From positions 6,145 to 70,144 of the forward strand of contig JAJZNW010000077.1 in the NCBI GenBank assembly GCA_021811615.1: 64,000 bases of DNA. Direction: 5' to 3'. Below, piece after piece: positions 57,707 to 64,000 of this stretch; the stretch's first letter is position 1, and each line of letters opens with the position of its first letter. The stretch is from Bacteroidota bacterium (lineage in GTDB: Bacteria; Bacteroidota; Ignavibacteria; Kryptoniales; JAKASW01). The translations under genes were made by a program, and so were the position numbers. Below the pieces are notes generated by a model, which was not told the origin of the DNA, searched no databases, and was given only the letters and a program-made list of their open reading frames with translations.

Positions 57707-58912
57707 ATGAGCGGATCACGCAGGTGGCCGCGTCCATGGGCATTCGGCCTTTTGATTTTGCCCGTCGCGGTTTATGTCGGTTTCACGACGACGACGCTCC
57801 CCTTCCTTCTAAGCAAAGCGGGAGTATCGGTCTATGAGATCGGGACTATCGGCTCGATTCTCCAGCTGCCGAATATCCTGGTCTTCCTCTGGGCCCCGCT
57901 TGCCGACGTAAGGCTTAGACGCAGGGCATGGCTCGTGCTCTCGGCGAGCGTGACTGCGTTGTGTCTCTGGATCGCGTTACCGCTGGTCAGCGCGTCCAGC
58001 TTACACATCATGACCGGTCTGCTTTTGCTTGGGGGAATCACAGTCTCGCTCGTGCTCGCTTCCTCCGGCGGCTTGATGGTGACCGCGCTCCCCACAGCGG
58101 ATCAATCGAAAGCCGCCGCTTGGAATCAGGCCGGCTATCTCGCGGGAGGAGCATTGGGCGGCGCACTGATTCTCTGGCTGGTAACTCATCTCCCCATTTT
58201 CGTAAGCGGCCTGATCGCAGCGCTGGCCCTTTCTGTCCCCGCTTTCCTTGCACTTTCGCTTCCGGAGAAAGAGCCCGCGGTCTCGCACTGGTTCAAGGGA
58301 CGCCTGGCCGCCATGAAGCGGGAAGTCAGCAGTGTTTTCAGGAACCCGGTTCGTAAATGGACCGCTCTTCTGCTGATGGCACCGGCGGGTACGGGCGCCG
58401 CACAGGTTCTTCTCCCTGCGATCGCGTCGCACTACGGCGTCGGCGCGTCGGGAGTCATCTGGATTAACGGGCTCGGAGGTGGGATCGCTCTCGGCGCCGG
58501 CTCGCTCCTCGGCGCGATGGTTCCAGGAAATTGGGACGGACGGGGCGTCTATGCCGCTGCCGGATTTCTTAACGGCATTGCAGCAATTGTACTCATGTCG
58601 GTCAGCGGATCGACCGGTTATCTCATCGGGACCATCGTTTACCTCGTGACACAGGGACTTTGCTGGGCGAGATTCACCGGGCTCATCGTGGAGATCGTCG
58701 GGCCGGACACGCAGGATGCGAGTACCCTCTACAGCGCACTGTCGGCTGCGGGAAGCATTCCGCTTGCATACATGACGTGGCTCGACGGGTTCGGCTATTC
58801 AAAGTTCGGCACGCACGGGCTCTTGATGACCGATGCGACAGGAAACATCGTTGTGTTCGGGATAGTAGTCGCGGCATTCCTGGCCAACGGCTTGCCCTTC
58901 CGGCATGCGTAA
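57707..58912 (+). CDS. MFS transporter (AmpG-like)
   Basis: FLWAPLAD...RRRAW motif and about 12 TM segments. Confidence 0.78.
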   Translation: MSGSRRWPRPWAFGLLILPVAVYVGFTTTTLPFLLSKAGVSVYEIGTIGSILQLPNILVFLWAPLADVRLRRRAWLVLSASVTALCLWIALPLVSASSLHIMTGLLLLGGITVSLVLASSGGLMVTALPTADQSKAAAWNQAGYLAGGALGGALILWLVTHLPIFVSGLIAALALSVPAFLALSLPEKEPAVSHWFKGRLAAMKREVSSVFRNPVRKWTALLLMAPAGTGAAQVLLPAIASHYGVGASGVIWINGLGGGIALGAGSLLGAMVPGNWDGRGVYAAAGFLNGIAAIVLMSVSGSTGYLIGTIVYLVTQGLCWARFTGLIVEIVGPDTQDASTLYSALSAAGSIPLAYMTWLDGFGYSKFGTHGLLMTDATGNIVVFGIVVAAFLANGLPFRHA

Positions 58913-58963
58913 AACCGATAAATCAGTTTGGCACAGGCTGGATGTCTGTTTGCCCCGCGATAA
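58911..58963 (+). repeat. 53-bp direct repeat, copy 1 (decayed REP unit)
   Basis: Matches 59707-59759 at 52/53 positions. The right arm of the palindrome is eroded in this copy. Confidence 0.85.
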
Positions 58964-59163
58964 GTCTAGAGCAAACTCAGCAATGCTGCGGCTGAATTCG
59001 TCTCAATGGGTTGGAAGTTGACTATCCCACAGAAAATCCGTAGAATTCTCGCGGACGGTAGAGCAACATCGGATGGAAAAACGGTAGCTGCCGGATTTAG
59101 TGCATCCTGGTAGAATCCTCAACGGGCTACGGGATTTTGCGTACCGCGACGAGTCCACAATCG

Positions 59164-59227
59164 AGCCACGCGATTTATCGCGTGGCGGGCAATCAATAAC
59201 AAAATTGAAACCGCTTCAGCGGTTTCA
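59164..59227. repeat. REP doublet upstream of tnpA
   Basis: gccacgcgatttatcgcgtggc plus tgaaaccgcttcagcggtttca. Confidence 0.85.
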
Positions 59228-59246
59228 CGGAAAGGGGGAAAAGGGC

Positions 59247-59717
59247 ATGGGCCATTCATTCGTTCGAATCTTCGTACATCTCGTATGGTCTACGAAAAAC
59301 TGGAGACATTTCATAACAAGCAATCTGAGACCTCGATTATTTCAACATTTCCAAGAGTACAGCAGGCTCAACAACATCCACATCGACTCAATAGGAATTC
59401 AACCCGAGCACGTGCACTTCCTCATCAGCCTGAGGAGCGATCAGAAAGTCGATGATGTTGTGAAGCTGATTAAAGGAGAATCTTCTCACTGGATCAATTC
59501 GGAAAACCTCATTCATTCCAAGTTCAGCTGGCAAAAAGGGTACGGTGCTTTCTCAGTGAGCTCATCGAATCTCGACGGAATCAGAGAGTACGTTAGAAAT
59601 CAGGACGCGCATCACCGGAAAAGATCGTTCAGGGAGGAACTCGAGGCGATTTTGGCTGAGCATGCGTTTAATATTTCCGAATTGACACCTGAAGACCCAC
59701 CCGAAGAAAACCGATAA
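59247..59717 (+). mobile_element. tnpA: IS200/IS605-family Y1 (HUH) transposase, REP-associated (RAYT-like)
   Basis: HLVWSTK, EHVH (HUH), IKGESS, WQKGYGAFSVS and EYVRNQ (catalytic Tyr). No tnpB. Flanked by REP hairpins. Confidence 0.9.
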
Positions 59718-59773
59718 ATCCGTTTGGCACAGGCTGGATGTCTGTTTGCCCCGCGATAAATCGCGGGGCAAAC
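59707..59773. repeat. REP doublet downstream of tnpA (direct repeat copy 2)
   Basis: aaaccgataaatccgttt plus the perfect palindrome gtttgccccgcgat-aa-atcgcggggcaaac. Confidence 0.88.
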
Positions 59774-59804
59774 TATCAGTGTGAAACCATCCGGCACCGG
59801 ACTC

Positions 59805-59975
59805 TTTCCTCCTCAAACCCACAGCCGTTCAAAGACCAAACACAACTGACCGGGTGTAAGAACCATTTGTCATCGGCGCCTTTTCCTCCTCAACCCCACC
59901 GCCGATCAAGTACCAATCAGAACAGGCCGGGTGTGAAAAACCACTTGTTATCGGGACCCATTCCTTCTCAACCCC
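59805..59975 (+). repeat. Degenerate ~77-bp tandem repeat (2 full units plus a partial)
   Basis: Units start tttcctcctcaa at 59805 and 59882 and ttccttctcaa at 59961. The two full units share ccgggtgt..aacca.ttgt.atcgg. Confidence 0.7.
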
Positions 59976-60033
59976 GCGATTTATCGCGGGGTAGGGAACC
60001 CAACGCATATGTTGAAACCGTTTTAACGGTTTC
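59971..60033. repeat. REP doublet
   Basis: accccgcgatttatcgcggggt plus gaaaccgttttaacggtttc. Confidence 0.85.
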
Positions 60034-60035
60034 GC

Positions 60036-60422
60036 TTACGCCAGCTCGGCCCCCTTCTCCTTCAGCAACTCCCGCAGCACCGATCTATGACAATGGGACT
60101 CGTTCTCACAATAACAGCCGACGGAGAAGTCCATGTGGTGCGACAATTCGGCAAGCAGCTCCAGTGAATGAACGTTCTCCGGAGTCGACATTTCAGAGCG
60201 GTATTTCCTCACGAAATCGTTCCACTGGGCCGGGGTCTCTGCCGCCTGAGCAAGCTTCACAGTTTTCTCGCTGGGCGCGAGATTGGGAAACCATACGTCG
60301 TAGAAATTTCTGGACGCGAATTCCGACTTAGGCACGCCGCGCGGCGGACGGCGAACGGTTCCGATTCGCGGCCCCTCGCCCTTCACACGAGTACTACCGA
60401 GCCTTACAATGCGTATGGCCAT
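60036..60422 (-). CDS. DUF488 family protein
   Basis: RIGTVRRPPRGV, WFPNLAPS and CYCENESHCHR motifs. Confidence 0.85.
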   Translation of the reverse strand: MAIRIVRLGSTRVKGEGPRIGTVRRPPRGVPKSEFASRNFYDVWFPNLAPSEKTVKLAQAAETPAQWNDFVRKYRSEMSTPENVHSLELLAELSHHMDFSVGCYCENESHCHRSVLRELLKEKGAELA

Positions 60423-60725
60423 TTCACACTACTCCCTTATCCATTTATTCCTTGAGACACAGATCGCCTAAGATATTCACGTTCTGCCCGTAAGGAAGAA
60501 CGACTCTTTCCATTTCTTCCGGCCGGAACTTCATCCAGGCCTTACGCCTGCCCGACAAAATCGCGGCTACCGGGACCGTTCCGATCATTTCAATCACCAC
60601 ATAAAATACGAGGTCTTCGGCCGGACATCAAAACCGGCTCACCGCTTTCCCGGCATGGCGCTCTATCTCACATGCCCGCGATCCGGCTCGGCGATGATCG
60701 TGTCTCATTGAGAAATACGCAGACG

Positions 60726-62558
60726 TCACAAATTGTCCTGCGACAATATCAGAACGGAATAAGGCCCGACACCGATGTTCGCCTGGAAAGGCATATTATC
60801 AAGAGGAACATCGTTACCCAGGGTGTCGTAACCCGGTTGGCTGCCGAAGTCGGGGCTGTATCCCTGCCAATCGCTGTTGAAGCGCACTCGCCAAATTCCT
60901 TCCCGAGGCATACCTATAGTATAGCTGTCGTAACTGCGGTCGGCGAAGTTCGCCACGACGACAACATCGTCGCCCGGTCCGCCGTTTTCCCAGCGATGAA
61001 AGGCGATGACTTTGTCCGCATTATTGACGTGATAGACGTTGATATGCTCTCCCCGCAGCCCGCGTGTCTGGTTGTACCAGTTTCTGCGCAGACGGATCAG
61101 GTCGCGGTAGAGGAGCTTAATGCCGCCGAAAGTTTCTAGTCTCTTCCAATCGAGGGGCACCGTGTCGCTGAAATATCCGTCTTCGAGGAATTCCTGCCCC
61201 TGGAAAATCATGGGAATTCCGGGTGCGGTGAAGACCATCGCCGCGCCGAGAGTAGACCGCTTTCGGGAGAACCAGCTGTCTGCATTTCCAGGCCAAATCT
61301 CTTCCGGGACTCTGCTTTTTCCATTCGCCACCTCATCGTGAGACTCGGTGTAGATGACCCGCCGCAAAGGATTTTCATTGTACCGATGCTGTAGAGCGTC
61401 ACGCACGGCAAGCATATCGCGGTCCGCATCGTTCGCTTGGATGACGGCACTTCGGATAGGGTGCACAAAACCCGCATCCCACTGGGTAGAGAAGCCTGCT
61501 CCTCCCTCTTCTGTCTCCTTCGTAATCCATTCATTGTTCTGCAGATCTTCGGCGATCGTAACCTTCCATGGCTGACTTGCCCGGATCTCGTTGTTGATCC
61601 TCTGCAGGAGGTTCCAACCGTCCGGCAAGTCGCCCGCGGCATCGTTGTTACCGTTCCTGTTGCGGATGCTGACGACCGAATCGAAACGCAGTCCGTCCAG
61701 CCGATATTTGTTGAGCCAGAAAAGTGCATTGTCACGTAGATACTGCCGCACTTCGCAACGGCCATAATCAGGCCGCGGTCCCCATCGTGTCCGGGCGCGG
61801 CCATTATCGTAAAAATAAATCCCTCCCTCGTGATCGGAATCAGTCCACCCGTCGAAGCACCAAAGGTCGTTATCACCCGGGCCGAAATGATTGTAAACCA
61901 CATCGAGAATCACGGCGATCCCGTGCGCATGCGCCGACTTGACGAACTTGTACAGCCCCTGCGGTCCGCCGAGGGCCGATTCTACGGCAAACGGCTGCGA
62001 TGGATTGTAGCCCCACGAAAAATCCAATGCGTATTCCGCGACCGGCATAATCTCGACGGCGTTGAACCCCAGATCGCGAAGGTAATTGAGCTTCGGCATG
62101 ATATTCTCGAATGTACCCGGACCGCCGCCGGGTTCATCGTTGAATGTGCCTACATGCATTTCGTAGACTGCAAGTTCATTCCGTGGCGGCATTGTGAAAT
62201 CATCGCCTGCCCAGTCGAAATCAGGATTGTGAATTACTGCGTTGCGTGCCGAGTTGATTACTTCACTCGCATAAGGATTCTTTCTCCAGATAAAACTTCC
62301 CCCGCCGTCGCGGATTACGAACTTATACTGCTGGCCGATTTTTGCTCCGGGAATTTCCACCGACCAATAGCCGTTCCCTTCATTGGCAAATGGATTCGCA
62401 GTGCTGCTCCAACCGTTGAATTCTCCGGCCGCAAACACTTCGGAGGCAAAAGGAGCCCAGACGCGAAACGCGACTCCTCCCGGAAAAAGTATTGTCCCCA
62501 TTCCCTGACGCCTTGTGGGCGATGAAGTAGGCGGCCGATTCGACGACTCTTTTGTCAT
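60726..62558 (-). CDS. GH13 alpha-glucan enzyme with CBM48 (branching enzyme / trehalohydrolase-like)
   Basis: FRVWAP, YEMHVGTF, SWGYNP, DVVYNH, GLRFD, IAED and SHDE motifs. Confidence 0.9.
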   Translation of the reverse strand: MTKESSNRPPTSSPTRRQGMGTILFPGGVAFRVWAPFASEVFAAGEFNGWSSTANPFANEGNGYWSVEIPGAKIGQQYKFVIRDGGGSFIWRKNPYASEVINSARNAVIHNPDFDWAGDDFTMPPRNELAVYEMHVGTFNDEPGGGPGTFENIMPKLNYLRDLGFNAVEIMPVAEYALDFSWGYNPSQPFAVESALGGPQGLYKFVKSAHAHGIAVILDVVYNHFGPGDNDLWCFDGWTDSDHEGGIYFYDNGRARTRWGPRPDYGRCEVRQYLRDNALFWLNKYRLDGLRFDSVVSIRNRNGNNDAAGDLPDGWNLLQRINNEIRASQPWKVTIAEDLQNNEWITKETEEGGAGFSTQWDAGFVHPIRSAVIQANDADRDMLAVRDALQHRYNENPLRRVIYTESHDEVANGKSRVPEEIWPGNADSWFSRKRSTLGAAMVFTAPGIPMIFQGQEFLEDGYFSDTVPLDWKRLETFGGIKLLYRDLIRLRRNWYNQTRGLRGEHINVYHVNNADKVIAFHRWENGGPGDDVVVVANFADRSYDSYTIGMPREGIWRVRFNSDWQGYSPDFGSQPGYDTLGNDVPLDNMPFQANIGVGPYSVLILSQDNL

Positions 62559-63254
62559 AGATAGCTCCTTTCACATTTGATTTGTGAACAGATCAATCCG
62601 GCGCCGATTGGGAATAGACCGGCCAACCACAGTATCCGTCCGGGACAATTGCCCGGAAGAGACCTTTCCGGTTTCGACTCTCTTGTTCGGCGCCTTCAGG
62701 AAACGGGTAGTGAATTTGCGCTTGGTAATGATCGGGCTTTCCTCAGCCTCTCTGAGTCGGCGGATGAAAGTGGAAAGGGACCTTGCGGAAAGATGAGATA
62801 CGCGGAGTGAGAAGGCGAGTCTGTATTATTTTTCTTACCGCTCGGGCTGTCGGCGGTCTCCTCCCGGAAAGTTGACGGTCTGTCACCTGCCGTTTTCACG
62901 ACTCGGTAGAAATATATGCCAACGTCGGGGAAGAGGCAACCCTGACTGAAGATGATTGATTGTCACAGGCATAAGAAGGCATGAGATCCGTCAATCTCCT
63001 GGCTCGCGGCCTCATCGCCTTTACCACAGGAGAGTGAATCAAATTCCGACCATGAACGTGGTTCATTAATTCGATGCTTAACGTACTCTCTCGATTTGTG
63101 GTATTTAAATTCCGGTTCATCCAATTCGCGGAATTCGTGTCCGATCGAAATTGTTTTGAAAGAGACTTCTTAATCTAACATTCACGATTAGGCTTTGAAT
63201 ATCGTTGTCAATTTTTCGGTTGCACAACCGCTTCAGACGGAATTAGATTGAGAC

Positions 63255-64000
63255 ATGAAATCTGAAACGACACTTTGGAACGAAGACACGATGTATGACG
63301 CCTTCATGAAACGGGACGTATCATACGAAGGGATCTTCTTTGTGGGCGTGAAGACTACAGGAATTTTCTGCCGTCCGACATGCCCCGCCAGGCGTGCGAA
63401 AAGAGAGAACGTCGAATTCTTTCAATCCGCCAGGGATGCGCTCCTCAGCGGTTACCGGCCCTGCAAAACGTGCAAGCCCCTCGAGCCGCTCGGAACGACG
63501 CCGGACTACATCCAGAAACTCATCGACCAGGTCGCGGCGAGCCCGCCGAAGAAGATCACCGACTATGACCTTACTAAGATGAACATCGAGCCGAACAAAG
63601 TCCGCCGATGGTTCAAGGCGAATCACGGATTATCGTTCCAGGCATACCAGAGAATGCTCCGGATCAACGGTGCATTGCATCAAATCAAGAACGGCGGAGA
63701 GGTTACCGAGGCTGCGTTCGAGAACGGTTACGACTCCGTGAGCGGGTTTTCTGACGCTTTCAGGAAAATCATGGGGACAAATCCCTCCAACGGGAAATTC
63801 GTTAATGTCATTAACATTCACCGTATAGCTACTCCGCTCGGGCCGATGATCGCCTGCGCTACCGACGAAGGGATATGCCTTCTCGAGTTCACAGACAGAA
63901 GAATGTTCCCTCTGGAGCTGAAGGATCTTCGACGGCTGCTGAAAGCGAACTTCGTCTACGGCGCTAATGAACATATCCTGGGCATCGAAAAGGAACTCGG
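63255..64000 (+). CDS. ada: Bifunctional Ada regulator / methylated-DNA-protein-cysteine methyltransferase, 3' end runs off the window
   Basis: Not in the ORF track. Hand translation gives MKSETT...FFVGVKTTGIFCRPTCPAR...GYRPCKTCKP, an AraC-type HTH (GYDSVSGF), then TPLGPMIAC. Confidence 0.92.
   Translation, partial: MKSETTLWNEDTMYDAFMKRDVSYEGIFFVGVKTTGIFCRPTCPARRAKRENVEFFQSARDALLSGYRPCKTCKPLEPLGTTPDYIQKLIDQVAASPPKKITDYDLTKMNIEPNKVRRWFKANHGLSFQAYQRMLRINGALHQIKNGGEVTEAAFENGYDSVSGFSDAFRKIMGTNPSNGKFVNVINIHRIATPLGPMIACATDEGICLLEFTDRRMFPLELKDLRRLLKANFVYGANEHILGIEKEL

Noticed and set aside
59056-59130. tRNA-like GGTAGAGCA
   Set aside because: No T-loop (GTTCRA) or acceptor stem at the proper spacing.
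59805-59975. Possible CRISPR array
   Set aside because: Units are similar along their whole length, with no identical repeats separated by unique spacers and no cas genes.
62577-63240. Short ORFs and an Ada box between GH13 and ada
   Set aside because: The ORFs lack support, and no convincing match to a known Ada-box consensus in the right orientation was seen.

Overview
Bacterial chromosomal window, most likely from an FCB-group organism of the Ignavibacteriota/Kryptoniota type (inferred from 'QNYPNPFNP...Y' T9SS-type C-terminal tails). The left ~31 kb, all on the minus strand, is a xylan/hemicellulose utilisation locus: O-acetylesterase, GH35, CE15-like esterase, GH43-CBM6, two tandem GH115, GH8, two T9SS-tailed surface proteins, a TonB-dependent receptor with no SusD partner, a GPH symporter, then a ROK/MFS/SGNH/sugar-porter block. 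Its gene junctions carry several unrelated families of short palindromic and 7-10-mer repeats. The middle holds housekeeping genes (uvrC, mce, ssb, PUR-family protein, SLBB export protein, ilvD, NDH-2) and a lamin-tail surface protein. The right part is accessory: ORF6N, SF1 helicase with Zn ribbons, CPBP protease, PemK/MazF TA pair, GT39, an AmmeMemoRadiSam operon, a REP-flanked Y1 transposase, DUF488, GH13 and ada. The best candidate for an undescribed system is the three-gene AmmeMemoRadiSam operon (52331-57462), in which every component looks extracytoplasmic. It encodes a radical SAM enzyme with a twin-arginine signal and a CxxCH insert, a lipoprotein Memo-AMMECR1 fusion, and an MFS-like membrane protein with a catalytically altered spermidine-synthase-like domain. 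All calls come from reading motifs by eye; no database searches were run.
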